From Sphyrna mokarran (lineage: Eukaryota): a DNA stretch of 64,000 bases. Under the pieces are notes generated by a model, which saw nothing but the letters and a program-made list of their open reading frames with translations, was not told the DNA's origin and did not search any database. Positions 1 to 11,535 of this stretch are shown here, one piece after another; positions within the stretch are counted from its first letter, which is position 1, and each line of letters opens with the position of its first letter. The DNA lies in assembly GCA_024679065.1 (NCBI GenBank), contig JAGIQG010000040.1, positions 4,092,001 through 4,156,000 on the forward strand, read 5' to 3'. Made by a program: the position numbers and the translations under genes.

Positions 1-1030
1 ATTTCCTGGAAGGTCTCTCTTCCCATTCTTGAACAATGGGACCACATTCGCTATCCTCCAGTGCTCTGGCACCACACCCATAACCAACGACGACCTGAAG
101 ATCAGAGCCAGAGGCTCTGCAATCTCCTCTCTTGCCTCCCAGAGAATCCTAGGGTAAATCCCGTCCGGCCCAGGGGACTTATCCAACTTCAAACCCTCGA
201 GAATATCTAGCACATCCTCCCTATCTACTTCGATACCTTCCAGTTTGCTACCCTGTACCTCAGTGTTCTCCATAACTACATTTACATCACCCTGCGTGAA
301 TACCGAAGAGAAATATTTATTCAGTGCCTCTCCAATCTCTTCAGGCTCCACGCACAACTTCCCACTGCTGTCTATGACTGGCCCTAATCTTGTCCTAACC
401 AATCTTCTATTTTTAACATATCTAAAGAAAGCTTTAGGATTCTCCTTAATCCTATCAGCCAAAGTCTTCTCGTGTCCTCTCTTAGCTCTCCTCAATTCAC
501 TCTTTAGCTCCATCCTGGCTAATCTATAGCTATCCATTGCACTAACCGAGCCTTCAAGCCTCATCCTGACATAAGCCTCCTTTTTCCTTTTAACCAGCAA
601 ATCAACTTTTTTTGTACACCAAGGTTCTCTTACTCGACCATTTCCTCCTTGCCTGACAGGGACATACTTATCAAGGACTCGCAGCAGCTGCTCCTTGAAT
701 AAGCTCCACATTCCAGATGTTCCCAGTCCCTGTAGTTTCCTAGTCCAATCTATGCACCCTAATTCTCTCCTGATGGCCTCATAATTACCCTTCCCCCAGC
801 TATAACTACTGCCCCCAGCTTCATGCCTATCCCTATCCATCACTAAGGTGAACGTAACCGAATTGTGGTCACTATCACCAAAATGTTCACTAACTTCCAA
901 GCCTAACACCTGGTCTGGCTCATTGCCCAGCACCAAATCCAATGTAGCCTCACCTCTAGTTGGCCTATCCACATACTGAGTCAAAAATCCTTCCTGCACA
1001 CTTTGTACGAAAACTGACCCCTCTAACGAG
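1..1030 (-). mobile_element. 5'-truncated CR1/HER1-type LINE (ORF2 EN-RT linker), runs off the window start
   Basis: Near-identical to 4499-5529 of the full-length CR1 copy; similarity stops abruptly at ~1030. Confidence 0.9.
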
Positions 1031-1594
1031 CTGGGCCTCTCGATTAAAAGGCCGGTGGAAACTGTCCCATCGATGAACTTGCACTTCCCTGGTGATCCAG
1101 AGAGTGTACAGTTCCCTGAGTCACATCGCCTGTGGTCACATATTTCTCGCAGCTCCCAGATAGCCTTCCCTTCCTACTTATGAGTATCTGTTATCTGACT
1201 GCTGTAACTCAGGTCTTGTTGTTGCTGAATTGATCATGATTTGTTTTTCATTCTTCATTGGGAGTTGGTGGTAAGGTCGGGTATTTTGGGGTCTGAATTC
1301 GGTGAGTTAAAACGGAATTGTTACTATTCAGAGTTGAGAATGTGTTGAGAGTAACATCTGATCTCACTAGTGATTGCTTCATTCCTGACAGCGCCAGCTG
1401 GAGACACAGAATCAGCTCATAGCTCATTTCCCCTACATTTCATCGAATCAGTTCAGACTGCCTGTTCTTCAATCGATGACGGCAGTGCGAGGAGCACGGA
1501 ACTATTTGAATTTGTTCTGACAACAACGAACTGAACAAAAGAACATCACAGAACAGGCAATAAGAACTGGAGTGGCCAATAGCGCCCGCTATTA

Positions 1595-1836
1595 GGGATG
1601 ATAATTATAGGATGGATGTCAGAGGTAGGTTCTTTACTCAGAGGGTTGTAGGGGCATGGGATGCCTGCCTGCAGCAGTTGTGGACTCGCCAACTTTAAGG
1701 GCGTTCAAATGGTCAGTAGATAGGCATATGGATAACATTGGAATAGTTTAAGTTAGAGGGTCATTAGATTCATTCCACTGGTCGGCGCAACATCGAGGGC
1801 TGAAGGGCCCGTACTGTAATGTTCTATATTCTATGC
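1595..1836 (+). mobile_element. CR1/HER1-type LINE 3' end
   Basis: 'gatgtcagaggtaggttctttactcagagggttgt' (RGRFFTQRVV), 3' UTR 'catcgagggctgaagggcc', (TTCTATG)-type tail. Confidence 0.85.
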
Positions 1837-2271
1837 TACTTTCATTCAATAATATCAGCTTTGATGTACCTCACGTCCAACTTTTTGCAATATAACGTAT
1901 TATCTATTTGTCTCAATATCCACCAATCTATCTTCTTGAATAAATAAGGTCTCTCCTACGAGACAATAATAATGATGGGTATTAAAATCTTTATTTTTCT
2001 ATATCGGAGTTAAACATTGGGTGGATCCCTTATGACTAATAATTCATGTTGTTTCGATAACAGCGCCAAGATTTGCAAGTTAAAGGGCTGTTCGGAGACG
2101 CGGGAAACTACTTCAAAGACGGGTTTTACAGAGAATGATACACTCAACATCGCAGAAATAAAGCATTCGGGCAAGTTGGTCTTTGTAATGTGTTTTTGTC
2201 ATATCATGTAATTTGCTCATGATCCAGGACACAGATCTGATTCAGTGAGACGAAGTGAGAGTGTCTTCGTT

Positions 2272-2309
2272 GGCTTTCGTACGGCTGACTGTGCCTCTGT
2301 AACAGTGTG
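2272..2309 (-). promoter_or_regulatory. Degenerate 23-type recombination signal sequence of the split V pseudogene
   Basis: Minus strand CACACTG - 22 nt - ACGAAAGCC directly after YHCALSP. Confidence 0.75.
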
Positions 2310-2525
2310 GGGCTCAGCGCACAGTGATACACGGCAGAGTCAGAGACATGGACCCCGGTGATACTTAATGGAGCAGTTTTCTTGACTTTGTCGAAATCAG
2401 CAGAAAACCGGTCGGAGAAATCTGAAGATTTTCCTTCATTCCCCGTGCTATATTTCTTCAGTTAAAAACTCGGAGCTTCCCCAGGATATTGGATGTACCA
2501 GAAAAGAGTATTCTCTGTATATTTT
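2310..2525 (-). pseudogene. TRAV: TCR alpha/delta V pseudogene, 3' half (CDR1 to end)
   Basis: Translates KYTENTLFWYIQYPGEAPSF*LKKYSTGNEGKSSDFSDRFSADFDKVKKTAPLSITGVHVSDSAVYHCALSP; in-frame TAA at 2462-2464; RSS follows. Confidence 0.9.
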
Positions 2526-3138
2526 AGAACATAGAACATAGAACATTACAGCGTAGTACAGGCCCTTCGGCCCTCGATGTTGCGCCGGCCAGTGGACCCT
2601 CTAACCTAAACTATTCCAATATCATCCATATGCCTATCCATTTGAATGCCCCAAAGTAGGCGAGTCCACAACTGCTGCAGGCAGGGCATTCTACACACTC
2701 ACCACCCTCTGTGTAAAGAACCTGCCTCTGATATCCGTCCTATAACTACCATCTCTTAACTCAAAGCTATGTCCCCTCGTGCCGGCCATCACCATCCGAG
2801 GAAAAAGGACCTCACTATCCACCCCATCCAGTCCACCGGCCATCCCACACGCCCCAATCAGGTCACCACGTAACCTTCCTCTCTCCAATGAAAACAACCT
2901 CAGGTCCCTCAGCCTTCCCCACAAGGCCCCCCCACCACACCAGGCAACATCCCTGCAAACCTCCCCTGCACCCCCCCCCAAACGCCCCACACCACCTACA
3001 ATGCGGCGACCAGAACCGCACGCAACACTCCAAGTGCGGCCGCACCAGAGTTCCGCACAGCCGCAACACAACCCCACGGCTCCCAAATTCAATCCCTCCA
3101 CCAACAAAAGCCAACACACCGTACGCCCTCCCAACAAC
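2526..3138 (-). mobile_element. A-to-G hypermutated CR1 LINE, 3' part (outer element of the nested insertion)
   Basis: (TTCTATG)n tail at ~2526; from ~2780 on, T>C changes (plus strand) relative to the unmutated CR1 at 3400-3760. Confidence 0.88.
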
Positions 3139-3219
3139 ATAGAACATAGAACATTACAGAACAGGCCCTTCGGCCTTCGATGTTGTGCCGACCAAAAAAA
3201 AAAGCAATGCCCCTCCAAA

Positions 3220-5996
3220 CTAAACCATTCCCTTCTCTTCCATATACTTATCAATTAACCTCTTAAACGCCACCAAACTTGGCGCATCTACAACAGCTGC
3301 AGGCAGGGCATTCCACTCCCTAATCACTCTTTGATTAAAGAACCTACCTCTGATATCCGTCCTATAACTCATACCCCTTAATTTAAAGCTGTGTCCCCGC
3401 GTGCTAGCTTTCTCCATCCTAGGAAAAAGGCTATCACTGTCCACCCTATCTAAACCTCTAATCATCTTATATGCTTCAATAAGATCCCCTCTTAGCCGCC
3501 TCCTTTCTAACGAAAACAACTCAAATCCTTCAACCTCTCTTCATAGGACCTGCCCTCCATACCAGGCAACATCCTAGTAAACCTCCTCTGTACCCTCTCC
3601 AATGCCTCCACATATTTCTTATAATGTGGCGACCAGAACTGCACACAATACTCCAAGTGCGGCCGCACTAGAGTTTTGTACGGTTGCAACATGATGCTGC
3701 GGCTCCTAAATTCAATCCCCCTACCAATAAAAGCTAAGACTCCATATGCCTTCTTAACAACTTTATCCACTTGACTGCCTCTTTCAGGGATCTATTGACA
3801 CATACACCAAGATCCTTCTGTTCCTCAACACTATTAAGAGCCCTACCATTAGCCCTATACTCTACACATTTATTGTTCCTGCCAAAGTGCATTACCTCAC
3901 ACTTTCCCACATTAAACTCCATTTGCCACCTCTCGGCCCAGCTCTGCAACTTGTCCAAGTCACTCTGTAAACTAAAACACCCCTCTTCACTATCTACCAC
4001 ACCACCAACTTTAGTATCATCTGCAAATTTACTGATCCATCCCTCAATACCCTCATCCAGATCATTTATAAAAATTACAAACAGCAGGGCCCCCAAAACA
4101 GACCCCTGAGGCACACCACTCGTCACCGAACTCCACGATGAATATCTCCCATCAACCCCACCCTCTGTCTTCTATCTGCCAGCCAATTTCTAATCCAATT
4201 AGCTAAATCACCCTCTATTCCACACATCTGCATTTTCTGTAGAAGTCTTCCATGGGCCACCTTACCAAACGCCTTACTAAAGTCCATATATACTACATCA
4301 ACCGCCTTACCCCCATCCACCTCTTTGGTCACTTTCTCAAAAAACTCAATGAGGTTAGTAAGGCATGACCTACCCTTCACGAAACCATGCTGACTATCCC
4401 CAATCAATTCATTTCTCTCTAAATAACTATAAATCCTATCCCTAATAATTATCTCCAATACCTTGCCCACAACAGAAGTAAGACTCACTGGCCTATAATT
4501 CCCTGGAAGGTCTCTCTTCCCCTTCTTGAACAATGGGACCACATTCGCTATCCTCCAGTCCTCCGGAACCACACCCATAACCAACGACGACCTGAAGATC
4601 AGAGCCAGAGGCTCTGCAATCTCCTCTCTTGCCTCCCCGAGAATCCTAGGGTAAATCCCGTCCGGCCCAGGGGACTTATCCAACTTCAAACCCTCGAGAA
4701 TTTCTAACACATCCTCCCTATCTACTACAATACTCCCCAATTTGCAACCCTGTACCTCAGTGCTCTCCACAGCTACATTTCCAGCACTCTGCGTGAATAC
4801 CGAAGAGGAATATTTATTCAGTGCCTCACCAATCTCTTCAGGCTCCACGCACAACTTCCCACTGCTGTCTATGACTGGCCCTAATCTTGCCCTAACCAAT
4901 CTTCTATTCTTAACATATCGAAAGAAAGCTTTAGTATTCTCCTTAATCCTATCAGCCAACGTCTTCTCGTGTCCCCTCTTAGCTCTCCTCAATTCACTTT
5001 TTACCTCCTTCCTGGCTAATCTATAGCTATCCATTGCACTAACTGAGCCTTCAAGCCTCATCCTGACATAACCCTCCTTTTTCTTCTTAACCAGCAAGTC
5101 AACTTTTTTCGTACACCAAGGCTCTCTTACTCGACCATTTCCTCCCTGCCTGACAGGGACATACTTATCAAGGACTCGCAGCAGCTGCTCCTTGAATAAG
5201 CACCACATTCCAGATGTTCCCAGTCCCTGTATTTTCCTAGTCCAATCTATGCACCCTAATTCTCTCCTGATGGCCTCATAATTACACTTCCCCCAGCTAT
5301 AACTACTGCCCCCAGCTTCATGCCTATCCCTATCCATCACTAAGGTGAACGTAACCGAATTGTGGTCACTATCACCAAAATGTTCACTAACTTCCAAGCC
5401 TAACACCTGGTCTGGCTCATTGCCCAGCACCAAATCCAATGTAGCCTCACCTCTAGTTGGCCTATCTACATACTGAGTCAAAAAACCTTCCTGCACACTT
5501 TGTACAAAAACTGACCCTCTAACGAGCTAGAGCTATAGCTATTCCAATCAATATTAGTAAAGTTAAAGTCCCCCATAACAATTACCCTATTACTTTCACT
5601 CCTGACCAGAATTGACTTTGCAATCCTTTCCTCAACCTCTCTAGAACTTTTAGGAGGTCTATAAAAGACTCCCAACAGGGTGACCTCTCCTCTCCTGTTT
5701 CTAATCTCAGCCCATACTACCTCAACAGACAAGTTCTCATCAAACTTCTTTTCTATCACCGTGATACAGTCTTTGACCAATAATGCCACTCCTCCCCCCC
5801 TTCTACCTCCTTCTCTACTCCGACTAAAGCATTTGTACCCCGGAACCTGCAACATCCATTCCTGTCCCTGCTCTACCCAAGTCTCTGAAATGGCCACAAC
5901 ATCGAAGTTCCAGGTACTGGTCCAAGCTGCAAGTTCCTCCCCCTTATTGCGAATACTCCTTGCATTAAAGTATACGCATTTCAAACCATGCCCCAC
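3220..5996 (-). pseudogene. CR1 ORF2 (APE endonuclease + reverse transcriptase) broken by about four frameshifts
   Basis: YFNARS, SETW, GDFN, SDH (EN); KSPGPDG, YRPVSLTS, QHGF, GVPQGSVL, FADD (RT); consecutive overlapping ORF pieces 5478-5996, 4123-5496, 3734-4126, 3507-3770, 3220-3519. Confidence 0.92.
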
Positions 5997-6097
5997 CCCA
6001 CCCGTACGCCGCTGTGTTTTACAACTCTCTTCTATAACCCCCTTACTCTCATCCCTCTCAGCACCCCAACTACTTAGGATCCCACCGCCCCCCCGAA

Positions 6098-7024
6098 TCA
6101 GTTTAAAGCCCCCATCATAGCCTTAGCAAATTTTCCCCCCAAGATATTAGTCCCCCTCTGGTTCAGGTGTAGACCATCTCTCTTGAAGAGGTCCCACCTA
6201 TCCCAGAATGAGTCCCAATTGTTAAGGAACCTGAACCCCTCCCTCCTGCACCATCCACGCAGCCATGAGTTCAAACTTTCCCTTTCTCTGTTCTTCTCTA
6301 AACTATCCCTTGGCACAGGCAAGAGTCCAGAGATAACCACTCTGCCTGTTATGGACCTAAGCTTCCACCCTAACTCCATAAATTTCTGTTTAATATCCCC
6401 TTCCCCTGTCCTACCTACATCATGTGTCCCCACATGAACTATGACTTGGGGCTGACTCCCCTCACCCTTAAGAATCTTAAAAACCCGATCTGCGACATCC
6501 TGGACCCCAGCCCCTGGGAGGCAACACACCAGCCCTGAGTCCCGTTTATTACTATTTACCCTCCTATCTGTCCCTCTAACTATGGAGTCTCCTATAACTA
6601 GGCCTAATCTCTTATTCCCCCCACCCACCTGAGCATTCTCAGCAGGCTCACCCCCAGAGACCTGCTCCCTTTGGTCAGCTCCAGTTGATTCTTCCTCAAC
6701 TGTAGCCTCCAAGACAGAAAATTTATTTTGGAGGGGAACAGCCCCAGGGGATTGTCTCCCCGATTGCTTCTTACCCCTCCTCCTAATAGTTACCCAATTA
6801 TCACTTTTAGGAGTTACAATCTCTTTGTTACTCCTGCCTATATCCTCCTCAACCTCTCGAATTACCCTGAGTTCCTCTAATTCCAGCTCCAGCTCCTTAA
6901 CACGATCCTCAAGGAGCTGCAAATGTGCACACTTCCTGCAGGTGTAATCAGCAGGAACACTACTGGTGTCCCTCACCTCATACATACTGCAGGAGGTGCA
7001 ACGTACTACCTGCACTGCCATCAC
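6098..7024 (-). CDS. CR1 ORF1p: zinc finger, leucine zipper and SGNH/GDSL esterase domain
   Basis: CxxC...CxxC, LEDRVKELELELEEL zipper, LVIGDSIVR, HVGTHD and DGLHLN motifs; intact 308 aa. Confidence 0.9.
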   Translation of the reverse strand: MMAVQVVRCTSCSMYEVRDTSSVPADYTCRKCAHLQLLEDRVKELELELEELRVIREVEEDIGRSNKEIVTPKSDNWVTIRRRGKKQSGRQSPGAVPLQNKFSVLEATVEEESTGADQREQVSGGEPAENAQVGGGNKRLGLVIGDSIVRGTDRRVNSNKRDSGLVCCLPGAGVQDVADRVFKILKGEGSQPQVIVHVGTHDVGRTGEGDIKQKFMELGWKLRSITGRVVISGLLPVPRDSLEKNRERESLNSWLRGWCRREGFRFLNNWDSFWDRWDLFKRDGLHLNQRGTNILGGKFAKAMMGALN

Positions 7025-7038
7025 TGTTACTTTAATTT

Positions 7039-7138
7039 NNNNNNNNNNNNNNNNNNNNNNNNNNNNNNNNNNNNNNNNNNNNNNNNNNNNNNNNNNNNNN
7101 NNNNNNNNNNNNNNNNNNNNNNNNNNNNNNNNNNNNNN
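7039..7138. other. Assembly gap (100 N)
   Basis: Run of N. Confidence 1.
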
Positions 7139-7261
7139 CAGGAGAGAAAAAAAAACTTCTCACACACTTTTATTATTAGGTTAGAGGAGGGGGGAGGGTG
7201 GGATACTCTACCTGTGTAGAGTATCGGGTTACCTCTCTGGACCAATTTATAGAGGCAGAGA

Positions 7262-7645
7262 GAAAAACTACAACTACCGGCAGCCCCTAGTGACGACTTC
7301 CGGTTACAAGTTAGTTTAAATAAAAACGGCAAAAACTACTCCCGCTCGCTGTTTTAAACAAAGAGAAAAGTTAAAAAGCTACTTATCAATCGAACTTCTC
7401 GCTCTCCCAGATCGCTGCCTCTCCGTGCTGCTCCAATGGAACAATGAGGCCGATACCCAGAGGTTAGTACTTATATAGCTTAAAAACTACAACTACCGGC
7501 AGCCTCCTAGTGACGACTTCCGGTTACAAGTTAGTTTAAATATAAAACGGCAAAAACTACTCCCGCTCGCTGTTTTAAACAAAGAGAAAAGTTAAAGAAC
7601 TACTTAACAATCGATGTTAACAATCGACAAACTACTTAACAATCG
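7262..7645. repeat. Two ~130 bp direct repeats plus short TTAACAATCGA repeats in the LINE 5' UTR
   Basis: 'aaaaactacaactaccggcagcc...aatcga' at ~7262-7392 and ~7482-7614. Confidence 0.85.
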
Positions 7646-8358
7646 ACAACCCCACCAACCTGGGTTCCAACTTTCAAAGAGCCACGCACCCGCACCCCAA
7701 GATCCCTCTGCTCGACAACATTACCAAGGGTCCCTCATCAGCCCCACATTTCATATGCCCGTTATTCCTACCAAAGTAAATCACCCCACACCCATCCGCT
7801 CCGAACTCCATCTGCCATCCCACGGCCCAGCTCCACAACCTATCCACATCCCTCCGCAAACCGCAACATCCATCCCCGCCGTCCACAACTCCCCCCACCC
7901 CGGTATCATCAGCAAATCCACCAATCCAACCCTCTACACCCTCATCCAGGTCATCTACAAAAATGACAAACAGCAGTGGCCCCAAAACAGATCCCTGAGG
8001 TACACCACCCGCAACCGCACTCCAGGCTGAACATTTCCCATCAACCACCACCATCCGCCCTCCACCAGCCAGCCAACCCCCAATCCAAACCGCCAAATCA
8101 CCCTCAATCCCATGCATCCGCACCCTCCACAGCAGCCCACCATGGGGAAACCCATCAAACGCCCCACTAAAATCCACATACACCACATCAACTGCCCCAC
8201 CCCCATCCACCTCCCTGGTCACCTCCCCAAAAAACTCAATAAGGTTTGTGAGGCACGACCCACCCCCACAAAACAGCGCCAACCATCCCCAATCAACTCA
8301 TCTCACTCCAGATGCCTACAAATCCTATCCCTTGTGATTCCCTCCAAGACCCCGCCCA
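7646..8358 (-). mobile_element. A-to-G hypermutated CR1 LINE, 5' part (RT region, 5'-truncated)
   Basis: RT motifs altered by A>G: DFSKAF to DFSGAF, KFADDTK to GFADDTG, FINDLDE to FVDDLDE; colinear continuation of 2526-3138. Confidence 0.9.
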
Positions 8359-8580
8359 CTTCGTAACTGCAGTTCAATATTACCGTCTGTCCTTCCGTTA
8401 ATTCAGGCGGCTTCTGGGAAACTGAATCTTGGCCACTCGTTCCTGCAACAACATATAGAATGTGTGAGAAATCTGTGAATAAAAATAACCCGGAAACGCA
8501 CACTGAGGATTTGCACTCAGACCCACCGGGCAACATGGCCATTATTATCAGTAAAACACACGGGGAACACAGGGATCCTG
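8359..8580 (-). pseudogene. TRAV: TCR alpha/delta V pseudogene, leader exon and 5' half (FR1)
   Basis: Leader ...CSPCVLLIIMAMLP G|gtgggt (ends 8527, no upstream ATG seen); acceptor tgcag then GTSGQDSVSQKPPELTEGQTVILNCSYEV (8442-8359), joining in frame to 2525. Confidence 0.85.
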
Positions 8581-8699
8581 ATTGGAAGAAAAAGGCGACA
8601 CTATTTAAAATATGTTGCTGTTTCTAGTCTTGTATCTCCGAGTAAACTCCGGTCAGAGGCAGCTTCAATCATTGGGAAATTGGGGGCCGTTTATCAGTG

Positions 8700-8735
8700 C
8701 TGCCATTGGCTGGTGTCTCAGCTCTGATGTCAGCA
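8700..8735 (-). promoter_or_regulatory. Putative V promoter: CCAAT and CRE-like TGATGTCA
   Basis: 'attggct' ~8706 and 'tgatgtca' ~8725; a similar pair lies upstream of the intact V (~9981 'gattggct', ~10011 'ttacatca'). Confidence 0.45.
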
Positions 8736-9366
8736 ATGGACTAATTGCTACTGGTGAAACTAATAACTGTTAGCGAAACTAATCGGCCTGACATTCACCA
8801 GTCACATTTCGTCCCTGCCTGTGGGTGTCTACACTTCCTCCCTCTTTCAAATCAAAATAGACCATTCAACATGAACAACTGTGCCACAGTTGATTTTTTA
8901 GCTTGCAACCATATTAAAAATACAGTTATGTTTCGTTCACTCACGCGTAGTCCTTTGATGATATTCCCTTACCTGTGTTAATTACTGTATAGCACTTCCC
9001 CCATCTTGACTCTCTGTTTCGAGGCTGCTTTGCTCAAAAAGTCTATTTCTATATTTCTATACCAGAGGGAGTGATAATGTGTCGCCTTACACCTAGGCAC
9101 CTGATCCAGAACGATGATGAGTATAGATTGATGAAGTTATTCGCCCGAGAGGCCTGCGTGCTTGTGTGAATTGGATCAGGAGGTAATTGAATTTGATCCG
9201 GGAGTAATCTGTACGCCAAACGTCATATTTCTCAATGGTGACGATCGTTAACCTCAGCGAGGGAATACAATTCAGACGGCGAGATTGTTTATGGTCTTAA
9301 TTCTCTGCACATTTTGATAAATGCAACTCCTTTTTTATAAAGATCCATTGATGGTGAACTCGCACC

Positions 9367-9405
9367 GGTTTTTGTATGAGGTCCGTGGGAATATCTTTCA
9401 CTGTG
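9367..9405 (-). promoter_or_regulatory. Canonical 23-RSS
   Basis: Minus strand CACAGTG - exactly 23 nt - ACAAAAACC. Confidence 0.97.
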
Positions 9406-9886
9406 GGTCTCAGTGCACAGTAATACACGGCGCTATCTATCAGCTTCAAATCTTTCATGGACAAGTAAAAAGTGCTTTGTTTCTCGTTGAGATTCCCGCT
9501 GAAATGCTCAAACCCAGGAGCCGTGTCGTTAAACCCATAACTATCGACTCTAAGAAGATACTGAGGAGCTCGGTGTGGATGCTGGCGATACCAGAATAGG
9601 CTATAGCTTGTAGCTGAACTCGATACTGAGTAATTGCAGGGTATTGCTGAACCTTCACCCTCTGATGCTTCAACTCTTGGTTCCAACTGGGACACGGAGT
9701 CTCCGTTACTCATCTCTGAAGATAAACAGCAGACACCCAATGGATTAGGATTAAGAGGAAGACAATAATCAAACAGCGATGGGAAAAGGAAATTACACAA
9801 GGATCACGACATATTTTAGGCATGTTCCAGTTTCACTGACCTGCCATCAGAGTAATAACCAGAGTTAGAAATATTTTCACCCCCAT
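9406..9886 (-). CDS. TRAV: Apparently functional TCR alpha/delta V segment; leader exon 9886-9841, V exon 9715-9406
   Basis: MGVKIFLTLVITLMA|EMSNGDSVSQ...AIPCNYS...LFWYRQHPHRAPQYLL...DSAVYYCALRP; GT/AG phase-1 intron; perfect RSS. Confidence 0.95.
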
Positions 9887-10159
9887 AGGTACAGTCTGAA
9901 CTCCAAGAGCAGAAACACGAATCTCTGACTGTAACCGACATGGAATGTGAGAATTTGAAAGAGCAAGGAGTATGCAATACGATTGGCTGGGTTTTATTTC
10001 CCCTCCCATTTTACATCAGCAAATAGACACTTCTTGAAGGAGGTCGTGATATTTTGTAAACGATCACAGAACGCCCTCACGTGGACAATACAACCACATT
10101 AGAAACAGACACAGAACCAAGAGTCCAGATAGATACACTCCGAGAAATATAGAGACACA

Positions 10160-10650
10160 GAAATATCCAGTATAGCTACAATTCTGGGCAAGAAGAAACA
10201 TCCACTCCACATTCACCCTGTTAATACCTCTCAATAGGTTGAAAGGTTTCAATCAAGCTGTCTCTTCCTCTTCTAAACTCCAATAGATGCAAACCCAGCA
10301 ATATCACCCTTTGCTTGTAAAAAACCTGCTCATTCTGGTAATAGTTTTACAAACCTTCTGCGAACATTTTCTAAAGCATTACCATTTTTCTTTACATAAG
10401 GAGACAAATATTGTGCACAATTCTCTAAATATGGTCTCACAAATGCCCTATATAACCGAAACATACCTTGCCTATTTTTGCAATACATTCCCTCATTAAA
10501 AGTGATAACATCCTAGGATATTTCCTAATTAATTGCTGTACTAGTGATTTCTGGACCAGGACAGTCAAATACATTTATACCCCAAAATTTCGTGATCACT
10601 CGCCATTTAAATATTAACCTTATTTCATACTCATCTTGCCAAAATTGAGA
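10160..10650 (-). mobile_element. Old CR1-type LINE fragment
   Basis: Degenerate RT C-terminal sequence ('cttctaaactccaat', 'aatatggtctcac'). Confidence 0.7.
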
Positions 10651-10654
10651 ACTC

Positions 10655-11305
10655 CAACCACCAGGTACACGGCACATGCTCTTGCAACTCGGCCAATGTT
10701 GTCTACCTAATATGCTGTAGGAAAAGTAATGTACATTGGGGAGAACATGCAGACGCTACAATAACGGATGAATCAACATCGCTCGACAATCATGAAGCAA
10801 GACTGTTTCCTTCCTGTTGGCGAACACTTCAGCGGTCACAGGCATTCGGCCTCTGATCTTCGGGTAAGCGTTCTCCAAGGCGGCCTTCATGACTCACCAT
10901 AGCGCAGAGTCGCTGAGCAGAGGCTGATAGGCAAGTTCTGCACACACGAGGACAGCCTCCACCAGGATTTTGGGTTCATGTCACATTATCTGAAACCCCC
11001 ATGACTTGCCTGAACTTGCAACATCTCACTTACTGCACTGTCTGGAGACAATACACATCTCTTTAACCTGTGCTTAATGCTAGCTCCACTCACATTGTCT
11101 GCACCTTTAAGACTTGACCAGTAGGTTAGCTGTAAAAACTCGCATTCTAATCAGTATTCTGTAAACTGTGTGAGTCTTTATATGCCTTTCTCTGATCAGA
11201 ACTTCCTACACATCTGAGGAAGGAACAGCGTTTCCGAAAGCTTGTGGGTTTACTATTACATAAACTGGTTGGACTTCAGCCTGGTGTTGTGAGACTTCTT
11301 ACTGT
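10655..11305 (+). mobile_element. Penelope-like element 3' fragment (GIY-YIG region plus pLTR with hammerhead-like core)
   Basis: Homologous to 30380-31030; NVVYLI...YIGE motif; CTGAGGAA-GGAAC/TTTCC-GAAA at 11214-11239. Confidence 0.85.
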
Positions 11306-11535
11306 ACTGGTACAGTCAGCAGGCCTGGAAAGCTCCCCTGTACGTGGTTCTTCTTATTGGAAAGAATGTGCAAAGGGGCAGCGACCCCAAAGATCAGTTT
11401 TCTTCTAAATTTGATAAAAATAACAAGTCTACCAAGCTAACGATCAGTTATACCATGATCTCCGCTAGCGCCGTGTATTCCTGTGCCATGAAGCCATACT
11501 GCTGCAGAGATATAACACATGTCCTACGAAAAACC
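11302..11535 (+). pseudogene. Inverted, 5'-truncated TCR V fragment with a degenerate RSS
   Basis: LYWYSQQAWKAPLYVV...QFSSKFDKNNKSTKLTISYTMISASAVYSCAMKP, then CATACTG - ~24 nt - ACGAAAAAC. Confidence 0.8.

Larger units (their letters stand above)
3139..7645 (-). mobile_element. Full-length young CR1/HER1-type LINE inserted into the hypermutated copy
   Basis: 5' UTR with internal repeats, ORF1, ORF2 (APE + RT), 3' tail; possible short target-site duplication ACAAC (3134-3138 / 7646-7650). Confidence 0.92.

Noticed and set aside
1595-2760. Inverted pair of CR1 tails as the dsRNA that triggered editing
   Set aside because: The region they could pair is the apparently unedited part, and editing must predate insertion at this site.
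2691-3258. Pro-rich and Gly-rich ORFs here and at 7614-8366
   Set aside because: By-products of A>G hypermutation removing stop codons from a LINE; not genes.
8965-9010. ATG...ag|gtaag leader-like exon on the minus strand
   Set aside because: In-frame stop and no hydrophobic core.
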